Below are positions 38,871 to 52,997 of a stretch of 64,000 nt of DNA, in pieces. Location of the stretch: the NCBI GenBank assembly GCA_053919585.1, contig CM132783.1; one strand, written 5' to 3'. Made by a program: the position numbers and the translations under genes. This DNA comes from Euprymna scolopes (taxonomy: Eukaryota). The notes beneath the pieces are model-generated. The model was not told the DNA's origin. It ran no database searches and saw nothing but the letters and a program-made list of their open reading frames with translations. Every line of letters starts with the position of its first letter. The stretch's first letter is position 1.

Positions 38871-40199
38871 TCGCTATTAACTATAAATCGCTTAGTGAAT
38901 TGACTATATGAGTTTATTTTATTTTATGATTTCACATCTTTTCCTTCTTTCAGCATATAAACGCATCAAACATATTTTAAAAGCATTTCCCTTTTGCTTT
39001 CTGACAATACAGAGGTTTTGTTAGTGGCCATATGAGAGAAGCGATTGCATAATCCACCACTTTGCCCGAAACTATTAAGGTTACCCTTTTGTCAAAAGGC
39101 AGGTACAGAAAGAGTAAAAATAAACCACTTAAAGTAATCCGTTTTAGTCAGGGTTGTCGTGCATCAAAAGCGGGGAATGGTAGAATTTTTCTAGCATGTG
39201 GATATAAAATATTAATTTATTTATTTTAAAAAGATTAATCAGACTGCTATACTCATGTTGAATGTAGTTCTCATAGAGTCTCGGCCAATGTAAGCTGCGA
39301 TCTGTTTTTTTTTATGATTGTAAACAGTAATTTAATTTAATTTTTATTATAAATGATTATATTATTAATTATTTTAATGATAACAATGTTTAAATGTTGA
39401 CTTACATGGTCACATGGCGTTACTCGTACCATATACCATTAATTGAAATGCAATAATCTGTATAACATCTCTTCTATTAAATGTCTCTCGCCGCTATATC
39501 CAAAGACATATCTTTATCTTTCTCTGTAAATCTCTTGTTGTTTTTTGCTCAACTCTTTCGTCATTTCTTGTATTGTGTTGAAAAACTATATTTGAGTACG
39601 CAGCTGTCTATTACATGTTATAGTTATTTAGGCTTTGGACTAAGATTCGCCACTTAAGTGACGATCAATGTATATTATCTTTAAATATATATTTTGATTC
39701 AAAGAAAAATTTTTAACTTGAAACGTAACCATAGTCGAAAATCTCCTGGTGTTAATCTGTAATTTGGCTCATTAAGTTCTGGTATAGAGTCGTATAGAAA
39801 ATATAAATTATCTATGGATAACGATGGTCAAATATATTTACGTCACACAATTTCATTCGCTCATGACTAATTTATTCAATTTGTAATTTTTATATTGTGC
39901 GCAAATAAATCTCTCAAATTTTAATTCTAATAATCCAGCAACTTAAAAGTTTATAAATATGTTTTATTTATTGCCAGAGATCAAAGTGTAGTATATCAAT
40001 CGATTAGAGTATCTTAGGTTAAAGTACACCAGTCTTATTGTAATATGATTGTATAATTGCCTCTAATTAGAAATGGTTTACCTAATAAAAAAGGTAGAGT
40101 AACAAGGATAATTATATGCCCACATATCTCAACATTTTGGAACATGTTTATGTCTTTTGTATAATGTTCATAAATTAAAAAGTTTTTGGAGCATATGAA

Positions 40200-41300
40200 A
40201 AAGTATCACATTATTTAACCTCCTCCCCTACCCCCCAACAGCAGACTTTTAATATACATTGGAGTCCATGATAACATAACCTATATTACATAATTAAAGC
40301 AAAGGCAAAAAGATGGTGATTATGCCTGGGAGAATTAACATGTGACAATGAAACATATTACTGCCCTTCACACATTTACTCAACCACCACCCACCCAATC
40401 TATGAGAATAACGTATTATGACAATAAACAGGTATAACATGATTACATTTGCAGTAAAATGAGGTGATCATGCCTTGGAGTATTGACATGTAGCAACAAA
40501 ACATACATTTGTTTAACATTTCAACACACGAATTTGCACATAAATTGGAGTAAATTAAAACGGCTACATACAGATATAGTAGAATCACACCTACAGAAAA
40601 AGAGTAGATCATGAGTGAGTAAATATACATTAATCACCCTCCTCCCACACCTTATAAAATCAGATATTGGTAAACCATGGAATAAAGTATCATAGCAACA
40701 AAACAGGTATTACACAATTACAACTACTGAAAAAAGTAGTTATAATCCTGGAAGGATGGGCATACATGGCAAGAAAACGGATAATACCCACCACCACTCC
40801 GCAATAAAAAAAAAACACAATTGTAATTCATAGGGGAAACGTTTCATACAACTGAAAGATATAGCATTAGAAGAACAGAAGTAACAAAACTAAGGATGGT
40901 TTGCATATAACAGTAAAAAGGGCATTATTTAACTATCTCACATTCACGCTTACGAAGCAGATTTTAGAATATATGAGATAAAAGTATCACGAGAATAAAT
41001 AAGATATTCCATAATAAGAATTACTAAATAAGGAAACAATCATGCCTGAAAAAACTATTATGTAACATAAACACGAACACTAATCTATGCCCTTTCTCTC
41101 CCTACCAAAATGCAAACATTTAAAATGAATAAGTGTAAAGTACGATGTAACCAGAACACAAAAATAATGACAAAAAAATAGAGAAATAATTTCATAATGC
41201 CCGGAATAATACATCTGACAAAAGAGAAAAGATTCATCATGCTCCCCCTACGTCCTTAAAACAGACATTGGTAATCGATGTGAGTATTGTACCATGCCGA
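40200..41300. repeat. highly degenerate ~140-150-bp tandem repeat
   Basis: The motif (C/T)ATGCC(T/C)GGA..ACATG..AAAAC recurs at about 40321, 40469, 40743, 41041 and 41195, alternating with C-rich tracts. Confidence 0.45.
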
Positions 41301-41387
41301 AAGAGAACTAATTAGATAATATGATAATATTAAAACCGTTTCTATAAGTCCAAAGATGAACACAATAAGTACTCTCTCTCTCTCTTT

Positions 41388-41424
<37 letters not shown>

Positions 41425-41429
<5 letters not shown>

Positions 41430-41936
41430 GGGAATTTGAAAACTTGGTAGTGTCGAATATAATGATAAAATCATTTTTATTTACTGATTTTATTTTGTAA
41501 GTCCGATATTTCGCTAATACATAGCCTCATCATTCGTGAATTTTTTTTTTTATTTTTCTTCATTTTGGTGTTATGGCGAAGAGAAGTCAATTTACGTGCT
41601 ATTCCGGTGATTTCAAGTCTATAATGTTCCAGTTTCGAGCGGGATTTGAAGTACAAGATGGGCACACACTTTTTGAAGACACTTATTTTTAACGTAAAAT
41701 TTAAATGGGAATTTGAAAACTTTGAAGTGTCGAATATAATGATAAAATCATTTTTATTTACTGATTTTATTTTGTAAGTCGATATCTATCTACTACATAG
41801 CCTCAGAAGGGTCGAAAGTCCGGTTCGATTTTTTTTTTCTTTTTCTTCATTTTGGTGTTATGGCGAAAAGAAGATACTTTACGTGCTATTCCAGTGATTT
41901 CAAGTGTATAATGTCCCAGTTTCGAGCGGGATTTAA
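41425..41936. repeat. ~278-bp tandem duplication
   Basis: AAATGGGAATTTGAAAACTT..GTTTCGAGCGGGATTT occurs at about 41426 and 41703. Confidence 0.9.
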
Positions 41937-41948
41937 AAGAAAAGGTGG

Positions 41949-42651
41949 TATTCGTATGTAATATAATGATATTTGTATTATATATTTACACTATTCATAT
42001 GTAGCATAATGTTATTTGCAGTATTCATGTGTAATATAATGATTTTTCCGTATTCACATGTAATATAATGATAATCGCAGTACTCATATATAATATAATG
42101 ATATTTACTATATTCCTATGTCATATAATGATATTTGCTATATTCATATGCAATATAATGATATTTACAGTATTCATATGTAATATAATAATAATCGATG
42201 TAATAATATGTAATATAATGATGTTTGCAGTATTCATATGTAATATATTGATAATCGCAGTATTCATATGCAATATAATGTTATTTGCTATATCCATATG
42301 CAATATAATGATATTTGCAGTATTCATAGGTAATATAATGATGATTTCTGTAATACTATGTAATATAATAGTTTTTGCTATATTTATATGTAATATAATG
42401 ATAATCGCAGTATTCATATGTAATATAATGATATTTGCAGTATGCATATGTAATATAATGATATTTGCAGTATGCATATGTAATCTAATGATATTTGCTA
42501 TATTCATATGTAATATAATGATATCAGCTATATTCGTTTGTAATATACTTATATTTGCAGTATTCATATGTAATATAATGATGTTATCCATGTTCATCTG
42601 TAATATAATGATATGTGATATATTCATATGTAATATAATGATATTTTCAGC
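41949..42651. repeat. 30-bp minisatellite, about 23 copies
   Basis: Consensus TATTCATATGTAATATAATGATATTTGCAG. Confidence 0.97.
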
Positions 42652-44649
42652 ATTCTTGGAGTTACATTGTTTAAGAATTAAAAAATATAATTTATAAACT
42701 CGAACTTGTGGCGCAAGTGAACAAGGAAAGCAATACAAGATTGAACTGTTCTCTAGTCAAGTGTGCTCCTATTTACTCGCCTCCTCACGAGGGAAGAGTT
42801 GGGCACAAGGTCGAGTTTTTATATAGGCAATACCCAGCTCCTTAAAGAGGGTCGTATTTAAAGAAACAAAAACAAAAGTTGTCTCAGTCATGAAGATTTC
42901 TCCTCAACTGACTTAGGACAGAAAAAGTGAAGCGCTGTATCAGAACAAGAACTAAACTGTGATCTTGGAACATATATGTGATTTAAGGATATTGATAAAA
43001 ACAATATACCAAAATTGAATAAAACGATTGCCTCCCAAATTTGCTATATTTTTACTGGACTAATTCCAAAAGAGAACACGTGTGGATAAACATGGGTCTT
43101 CCAGGAGGTCCTCATTACAAACTTGAACGGGGTAATATATTAAATTTGGGATGATTTATTATTATTATTTTATAAATGTGTAAACCCTGTGCATATTGAT
43201 ATCAGTAAAAAAACATTCCAAATAATTTCAATACACACGAAAACAAGGGCACTCTATAGTCTTGTGTAATCGGAAAATAAGTAAAATTCGCAAGGAAATT
43301 CAGTAAGCATCCTTGTTTAAAGGTTAAGCATTTTCCTTAACGTGATAAAATGAAGTTATTTTCCACACATATATGTTCTCATTCTTTATAGTAATTTGCC
43401 AGAGAGAGTGTGTTTCTATCAACTTTGTGTATAGTGAATTTTCGTATGTTCCGTCGTATTTTGTTTGACATGCCAAATTTCGCTTTTGTCCAGTCAAATA
43501 NNNNNNNNNNNNNNNNNNNNNNNNNNNNNNNNNNNNNNNNNNNNNNNNNNNNNNNNNNNNNNNNNNNNNNNNNNNNNNNNNNNNNNNNNNNNNNNNNNNN
43601 NNNNNNNNNNNNNNNNNNNNNNNNNNNNNNNNNNNNNNNNNNNNNNNNNNNNNNNTTATGAGATATAATATCGCCGACGACAATGACTCAAGAATGATTT
43701 TGCAGCAAAATGACATTATAATACAGTTATTAAAAAGAAAAAAACGAAGTGATGTTGAAAGTGGTCGTCGAACATTCTAATGATTGTGCGTCAGTGTTAT
43801 ACTTCGTCGGTGGGAATGAATTAATAACACAATACCCATGAGATTATAACATGATCTTCATTGTAACCAAACTTGGTTACTACGCGAACTGTGGCTGCAT
43901 AGCTGATCATCAAGAGAAATTATATATTGGTTTATACTGACAAGGATATTGAATTTCATATCAAATTGAGTATGGTAAATTCCGAAGTGAGAGTTTCTGG
44001 TAGCAGTACGGTAAAGGGGTCCAATGTGTTTCGTGTTTTTTTCACATCAGAACAAAACAATACGAATAGGGATAATACGTTAGTTTATCCTTTGAATAAA
44101 TGATGAGTCTGGTAAATATTTGATTATATAAGTCTTGTAAAGATATTTTGCAATAAACATATACCTTTGTAAATATATTCAATTAATATTTTGTTGAAAC
44201 TAATAACAAAAATTATCAATTAAATATGAAATTCTATATCCTTTTCATTTTGAATCAAAATATATATTTTCTTACTCTTTGATTTAAAACTGATTTTAAT
44301 TATGCTTTTCTATGCTTATTGGCAAATTAGAAATAAACAATTCATAATGATTTCTAATATTTTTCCTCTGAGGAGATGAGTAAGCATTGAAAACCTATAC
44401 ACAAAGGAGATATACTTATTGAAATGTATTATTTGTCTTGCATATAATAAAAATTGTAAATTTGAAATTTAACAATTTCAGATCAAAATAATTAAAGTAC
44501 AAAACTATGATAAATCTGCTTCTATCTGGTATATTGATCAATTTTATTTAGCTTGAATGGTCTTAAAATATTACAGCCAAAATTATTTTGTTAGAACAAT
44601 AATCACTTCATTTCCATACCAGTAGATTTATTGCACACATTATTCTGAC

Positions 44650-44729
<80 letters not shown>

Positions 44730-46820
44730 TATTTACATAGCAAGAAAACAGCGTAGACAACCCTAGCAGACAAAACTGAAGCTGACCTGCATGACATTAT
44801 ATATATACAAATATAGGCTATAGGTATATTTATACATATTTCATTTATTCTTAATATATGCTCTATTTTTTAAACTCCCATAATATAAGAAAGATATATT
44901 AGTATTATACTCCCCAAAAATGTCACGTAGATTCGTCTTATAATATAAAAGATATGAGAGAGTTAATATTCAATTTGAATATTAATATAAGTATATTCAT
45001 AGCTATACAACATTTTAGGCAATATTATAAGTTCAAAATCTCAGCGAATAATGATCAAAAGTTTACAAGTGGAGGCTCGTTAGAAATTAATATACTCGAT
45101 TGTTTAGTAGGCTAAGTTACATTTTCCTGTCGCTCCTTAAAGGAACCGCTCGTCATCCAGAGTCTAAGGTACATAAATCTATCTATTAAACAAGGTGTAA
45201 CCCCCCAAAAATTGTAATTAAATCATAGATTTATAACGTTGTACACTTGTAATTTTTTTTAATAAATTCTACTGAAATATTAATTCTCTCACATTGTATA
45301 ATCCGCTGTACCTTTACTGGACGACGAAGACTTACACATCCATAATCTTACCTTATCAACATGTATGCTTATCATAGATATCAATGTTATTTTATGCAGT
45401 AAAATTAAAAACTATTCAGGCCACCTCCTAATAAGTGCATAAATGTTAATAGATATTTTAAGAAACGTTGCCGTCAGCGATGTCATAATCATAGTTCCTG
45501 CAGGTCTGGCACGAACAGCATCCTCATTATCGACAACGTCATCTTTATTATTCTGTTCTCTATAATAGTAAATATCAATGGCATATCTAACTTTATTGAA
45601 CATATTGTACTGCACGTAGATACTACTAATAATAGCTGTGTCATTTTGCCACCTTGTCCGTTTAGAATCCCCACCACCCCCCAAAAAACAAGAGGAAAGA
45701 CCGGCCATACTCTAACCGTCTTATGGAGACGCGTTTACCAAGTTAGCTCCTAGAATAATATCACTTCCCACACTTTGATCTCCGGGCTACGTGACTCCGC
45801 TGACTTATCGGTAATTTTTTTTTTATTCCTCCGCGCAATTACTAAAACGGCACATTCTTATTTTCTATACCTAGCATTGTTCCCGTCTCTAATCGTCGAC
45901 ATTTCAGTAAAATCTGTATTAATAACCTATTGATTTCTGTTCGATGTACAACGTCGTGCACGCAAGCATCAGACCGATCGGAGAAAAAAGAGTGAAAGAC
46001 TCAAGATTTCTATTCTATTTTTCGTTTTTTTATTTCGTTTTCCTACAAAATTATTTTTCTTTTACCTTTTTAAATCCTTATTCTCCTTAAAGATTTTAGT
46101 TTCTACTCGTAAAATTTTCGTCTTATTTTACTTCTTGTATATTTATGGCTTATGTATTAAGCATTATACGCACACAAACACGCCCATACAGACCCACACT
46201 CACCCCCACATACATATATATATATGTGTGTGTGTGTGTTGTGTGTGTGTGTGGGTGTGTGTGTGTGCTGTGTGTGTGTGTATTACTTTATAAACACGCA
46301 TAAACAATCATATATTTAATTTTAAAAAATTGATACACAGGAAGACATAAACAGACACATATTTTTCTCAAAACAGCTGGTAATTGATAACAATTCTTTA
46401 TATCTTCAGTACGAAATAATCCTTATACACTGTAGAATCTACTTTATCTATGTAAACCAAAGAGTGGAGATATAACATATTCGAAATATAAAGGAATCAC
46501 GTTTCTCCTTGCTGTTATTTAAGATCATTTGAAAACTTAACAGCAAGTTTAAGTCTACCATCCAAGACACGCGGTGTGGGGGGAATATCAAATATTTTTT
46601 CATTCATATGCAAAACTAGGAAAACAAATGCTCGTGATTGTAAGCAAGAAAAATGTGACACCACTAGGTTGAGGATGTTGGATGATCCCCTTTCGATTTT
46701 AAGGAAAAGTATCGCATAGCTTACTACGCAATTCAGGTCATTACTATTATATTGACCTTTAATTTGTCAAATTTCGATCTATAGTCGCTGAGATTTGGAA
46801 CTTAAAACATAAGTAAAAGT

Positions 46821-46891
<71 letters not shown>

Positions 46892-47598
46892 TCCTGTGTG
46901 TGTATCTATACTCATAGCGAAATTAAATATTTAAATGCTCATATGTTTAGTTCGATAGGACGCAACTACATGAACATTCGCAGGATTGTTGAAGATTACG
47001 ATAATATTCTAAGACAAAATTATGTGATAATTGTTAAAAAAATCTATATTTAACATCAATAATGTAATTCTTAATTTGTCTACATAAGTATATACATGCC
47101 ATCTTTGAAGGTTAGCTGCAATTTGTTGTTTTAATGTGGATTTTTTTTGTAANNNNNNNNNNNNNNNNNNNNNNNNNNNNNNNNNNNNNNNNNNNNNNNN
47201 NNNNNNNNNNNNNNNNNNNNNNNNNNNNNNNNNNNNNNNNNNNNNNNNNNNNNNNNNNNNNNNNNNNNNNNNNNNNNNNNNNNNNNNNNNNNNAATTTAT
47301 TGAATATATAAACTAATAGATCAGAGTCTAAATCGGCAACATGCAAGTAATTATATTTAAAGGTGCTGTAATCAGGATATCGCAGGAATATGATAAACTC
47401 AGTAGTTCTAGTTTCCTATAACTATATTAAAACAACGTGAAAGAGTAATAATTGTGAAATTATAAACCAAGTCTTCATTGGAGGAAACATAAAAACTCAA
47501 CTTTATATAGACTATCGTGTCAGACACGTTACAGCTTAGGCTTCTGGTATTTAATAGGATAGGAATAGTCTTTTAGTAGGTAAGACAGTTTACTGTCG

Positions 47599-47666
<68 letters not shown>

Positions 47667-47759
47667 TCGGGGTTTTTTTATTCAAAAGTAATGGACTAGT
47701 GAATTCAACGAGGTTTTTAGATAGTGCTCAATAAAAAGGCCTGATAATACTTGTTTATT

Positions 47760-47912
47760 GTTATATAAACATGCTCACATCCTGCTGCTACAAACAGCCA
47801 CTTGATTATTCAATGAACATTTGAATAGTCAAGTCACTGCCTGATGATATCTGTTGTTTGATTGAAACAAGTGGCTGTTTTTAGTAGTGGGATGTGAGCA
47901 TGATTATATAAC
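47760..47912. repeat. imperfect inverted repeat containing a hammerhead
   Basis: GTTATATAAACATGCTCACATCC..AAACAGCCACTTG mirrors CAAGTGGCTGTTT..GGATGTGAGCATGATTATATAAC. It lies between two (TA)n runs. Confidence 0.85.
47835..47889 (+). ncRNA. type I hammerhead, slightly decayed
   Basis: CACUGC-CUGAUGA-U AUC UGUUGUUU GAU U-GAAAC AAG UGGCUG UUU UUA|GUAGUG. The opposite arm keeps GUA|GCAG at the same position. Confidence 0.7.
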
Positions 47913-47928
47913 ATGACGTGCATGGCCG

Positions 47929-47991
<63 letters not shown>

Positions 47992-48859
47992 TAAATGATG
48001 TGAGTGTTTTAAATTGGTCATTCCAAAAAGATATTCGATCGTTCGTGAATAGTCTTATTCATCGTATGCCGCCATTGTACGTTGAAATGCTGCCTAAAAT
48101 GTACTTTCTCGGCGCAGTATTAATCTGAAATTAATTCAATAACACATTAATAATGATTTTATGTAAGATTATATGTCATATTTGTCAGGTATATTTGGTT
48201 TAAATTAAGATTTTTGTCGCGAGTCAGTCATGAAAGAAAGCCGCCATCATGGCGAATTTACGCGTTGCTGTACTGTTTATTTACGGTCGTTGATTTAATC
48301 AATTTTGTCTCTTTTCGAAAACGGTATTTCTGTTATGAATAACTATACTAACATTCTCTTAATCTTCTACGGATATTTTTTTATTATTTTAAAAAAATAT
48401 TTTGCAATTAAAATATTTACACAATAATGGCGCATTTTTACTCAAGTTCAAATTGAGTATATTTTTAATATTATTTAGGCTAGCCCCTGAATAAAGTCGC
48501 AGAGGATTGTAACATTATTATCAGCATACTATTCTGTAGTGATACAGGTATCAGCATTTACGATGGGGAGTTGATCCGAAGACACTACTCCCTCCAAAAT
48601 GCAATTTTCCGGGGCACAATGGTTATAAAACTGAAACCAACATTGCTTTCTATTAAATGACAATTACAAACCTATTGTCTCTCAATCTTACGTCAGAAGG
48701 TAGTGCTAAATAGATATATGATATGTTTCTCTAAATTAGGCGCATGTATACATATGATCATTTTTCCTTACTATAAAAATATTGAAACTGATGGGAAAAT
48801 TTATAGCCTTATTGATGGTGCAGTTATCCCAGTATTACCTGTTTTAAGCGTTCCTCAAG

Positions 48860-50325
48860 GAAATGTGCTCCCCGACACCCTGGAAAACCTCATCACTATG
48901 CCGTGTATTTAAGAATTCAGGTGAAAAGTCGTCTCCCTCTCATTACAGGCCAATAAGTCTCCAGTGTGGTATGAGTAATTTGCTGGAATCCATATTAAAT
49001 AGAGAAGTAGTCAACCCCCTCAGCAGAAATAACCTACTTAATTACACGCAATATGGTTTCCTTTCTGCCAGATCTACAGCAGATGAGCAAACGGTTATAT
49101 CTCAGATTAGTGAATCTCCTGACAAAGGCTTCCTTTCTAGGGCAATTGCTCTTCACATATCAAAGCCCTTCGATAAGATATGGCATAAGGGCCTACTTCA
49201 CAAGATTTCCATCTACGGTATAACTCGTAATGTTTTCTAAATCATTAAATCATTTCTCTCTGATAGGTTCATAAGAGTAGTGGTTGATGGGCAGAAATCA
49301 GAGGCCCTCAGTATTAATGCTGGAGTCGCTCAGGGTCAATCCTAGACCCAATTTAATTTCTGATAAACATCAATCATCCCCCAAAACACACACTTAAATC
49401 ATTCGTTGACATATCTGCTGTTGACGCGGCCATCTATGGTAACACATCAAAGGCCGTAAATGACAAAGTTCTCTTTGATCACTCTCCTCTAACCTCGAGC
49501 ACGTGATACAGTTGGGAGGGGAAGACGTGGCTGGTTACTTTTAATTCATCTAAAACCAAGCTCCTATATTTACATCATCAACGCTCTGATACCCATCTGG
49601 CATCAATTGAAATGGATGATTCTGGTCTGGGGGAAGTTCCATGTTTTGATAAACTGCCGGGCTTTACTCCTGACCTTAAATGGTACACGTACATCAAGTC
49701 ACTTGGTAAGGTCGCTGTAAACACGTAGGATCCTTCTATCGCACCAGAAGATTCACTGCTGATGCCCTTCTATATATATATAAAATCCAAGTACGTCAAA
49801 GGATAGAGTACTGCTGCAACAGCTGGGCAAATATCCTATCCTGCTTTGAAAGAGTAAAAATAGGATTCGTGGTATTGTGGAAGATGCCGTATTCTCTTCC
49901 CTGCAAACTCTCTCCCACAGGAAACCTTGCCTGGTTTTGTTTTATCGTTATTTCCATTGCAAGTGTTCGTCTGCGTTCCAATCTCTGGTCCCACCTCGCC
50001 AATCTTTCAGAATAAACACCCGTCAATCCGAGGCTACCGTCAAAAATTGTCCCCACTCTCAAACTGTGGTAAAAACAAAACGAAGATCCCATGAACAAAG
50101 CTTCTTTCTTCAAAGTGGACGCCTGTGCAGCTCTGTTCCGTTTGCCTATTTTCCATCTGACTACAAACTAGTTGTCTTCAAGTTTAACATACACAAATTC
50201 CTGATGAGCCGCCCCCTTAAGTAAGACACTGTATCAAATCTCCAATATCAACGTACTCTACACGCAATAACCCTTACCCCGAGGGGCTTCCAGGCCTTGA
50301 TAATGGTGACTACCTTGTAAAAAAA
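48860..50325 (+). mobile_element. older degenerate CR1/Jockey-group LINE (family A)
   Basis: YRPISL..QYGF..PFDKIWH..NTSKAVND..FKFNIHKFLMSRP. Its 3'UTR and poly(A) match the 16892 copy; many frameshifts. Confidence 0.93.
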
Positions 50326-52355
50326 TACCTTGGCAGAATGTTACAAATAATGGATTTCTTTTAAGTTTGTTTTTTCTGAATGATGATGTACAAACTCATT
50401 TACATCAATGTTTCATGGAAAAAGGACATGGAAGGAGGATGGCATTGCCTAGTAAAATGTTCCGATAAAATTATTCTTCAAGTTTTTTTTTTCTTGAATG
50501 AAAAATACGAGAAATAATGTGATACCACGATCACCTGGCTTCAAAAATTGTTCCGAGTTTATCCTACTGATTAGTGGAAAACCTTAGTCGAGAGAATTTT
50601 AGTGCAAGTTCAGGCTTGCTCAACAGCAGATCGTCCAGCATTCTATACCAATGTCATCAATATAGACTTCAAGTACTCTAAATTTGACATGGATATTTGA
50701 AGTTTCTCCAAAAATGTATGATTGAATACACATTAAAAAATGTATTTCTCTTTTAAAGACAAGTTGTCAGAAAATTAACACGCGGTGTTGTTTTGGAGCC
50801 CATGCCTGAGCGTAAACTTTTACCTGCTGAAGTGATAAATGGCGTCTCACTTGAACTTCACAATGACAGTAACAAAAAAGACAATTCTGAATCTCCAGAA
50901 AAATTATAGTGCACAGCAATTAAAAGTAAGATAGATACTTTTTGAATTAAATCGATCCCAAAAAGATCAAACAAAAATTGGAGTGGCCAATTTAGAATCA
51001 GTAGTATTGGATCTGGAATCAATTGCACTTTTTTTTCAAAACTTAAAGTGTCAGAGTTGAGAAAGTATTCATTCTATTACATCCTAAAAATAGGCTTCAT
51101 CGTGGTATTGTCTTAATGTAGTATTTGAAATATCGGGCTGATACAACTATTCTTCTTGGTTTTATGGGGGATAAAAATATGGGATTTGGGTCATTTTACT
51201 ATTATCCGTCAAATTTGTTCAATATGACTTGCATGTTTCAGGTAAGAATTATTGAAGAAGTATGAAGTTATATAATCAGCATTTACATCCTCAATTATTC
51301 TGATGCTAAGTGAATAAGGCTGGTGATTTTCAGCTGCTATATATCATTATTTTACCAAACATAGGACTCCAAATATGACATTCTGTTAGGATTCAAAATG
51401 ACCGAAAAAATAACAAAGTCCAGCACGTGTAAAAAGAATTTCACAGAAATCTCTTTAAATTTAAGCGCTTGAGATAGTTTGATGGAATAATAACTGTTAG
51501 ATTCCAGAATGTATGTAGATTCAGAATATGTCATCAAAATACAACTAGCATAAATTAAACATTTTTGTCTGTTATACCTAATATATGTGAACTTTATTTA
51601 TCAATGCCATTGATTAATACGTGGCTTTCGTTCAATCTCGAAAGACAAAATATACCTCGTGTAGGGGCAGCTGCGCGTGTACTTGTCTAGCAAGAGTTGA
51701 ATACTCCTAAGTCAAATATCTCCGTATTCAACATAGATTGAGTCTAGTGGCAAAAAGAACTCCAGCATGACTGATGACTATTCCGAGCTAAGCGGAAAAC
51801 ACGTTTCAATGGGTATTTTTTATTGAATGTGTTCTGATGAACTCGTTTAACTTTACCCGCTCGATGTATATATCCCCGACACACCTGCTTAACAATAAGA
51901 TCTCACCTCGTCACTCTTAATGCCCCTACATGGCAAAACGCTTTGCATTATAATAGTTTCTCTCCTCGAACAACTAGATTCTAGAATGCACTGCCTGCTG
52001 CCTATTTCCGTGTGTGTTCTGATACGCAGAAGTTTAAATGCAACATAAACAAATATATTGTTACTCTTTCCTAGACCTGGCTCCAAATAGTAGCCACTTA
52101 CGTCCAAAAGGCGATTTTCTTAGTAAGGGGTGAACATGTTTAAAAAACAAAACAAAAAATAGTCGTTTCGGCTGATTCTAAAAAGCGTCAATGTTTCTCC
52201 AATATGTATTCTATTGTAAAAAACTGACAGTATGTATTTTAAAATACATTTGAATTGCTACGCGATATTCGACGGTGTTTACTGGATATTCGTTAAGGGT
52301 GCGTAAAATATGGGGGTATCTCTCTGTCTCTCTCTCTCTCTCACTCTGACTCTCT

Positions 52356-52410
<55 letters not shown>

Positions 52411-52742
52411 AACAGAATCGCGATTATTACATTTTGTAATTACCGTAGTGTTGTCTGTCCTCTCTGTGTTTCCGTGAGGTGATAAGAATGTCTGCACAGT
52501 TAGACGAGTGTTTGTTTGTGTTATTGTTTGGATCTCATGGTGGGACATGTTTCGGTTATTGAAGGATTTTTAAGGTGCATTGCAATTTTGTACAAGGGTT
52601 GGTCGTGGGGGTGCGGTTATTGATGTTTCTGTTTGCATTGACGTAAATGCGATCTATAAATGTTATTAGTTATTTTATTGCTTGTCTAATATATTTAATT
52701 GATTTAATTAATATTAAAAAAACTCGTCTCAGATCCGAAATC

Positions 52743-52997
52743 TGTGGCGACAATTTTGGGAACGCAGGCTTACCTCTTAAACGGCCTCAGTGGGTGGTTT
52801 GTTGACGCAGCGTCATGATGCTAAAAAGGGTTCGAGATGGCGCCTGCGGCCTTATATAACAATGCAGTCTCGCAGAATATGCAAATTTGGAGGACTCTTA
52901 TAAAAACAGGCCATTGGAGTCCACAGAAAGTACTGAGGGGCGACGCTGCTGAATTGAGCTGAGGTTTTGTGTACTCTTTTATGCTTTGCAACAACAA
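52743..52997 (+). repeat. 5' LTR
   Basis: Starts TGTGGCGA, ends TTTGCAACAACA; direct repeat of 55948-56231. Confidence 0.85.

Noticed and set aside
50330-51640. Possible PIF/Harbinger transposase fossil (RIIEEV and similar fragments)
   Set aside because: Too decayed to recognise the catalytic motifs; needs a profile search.
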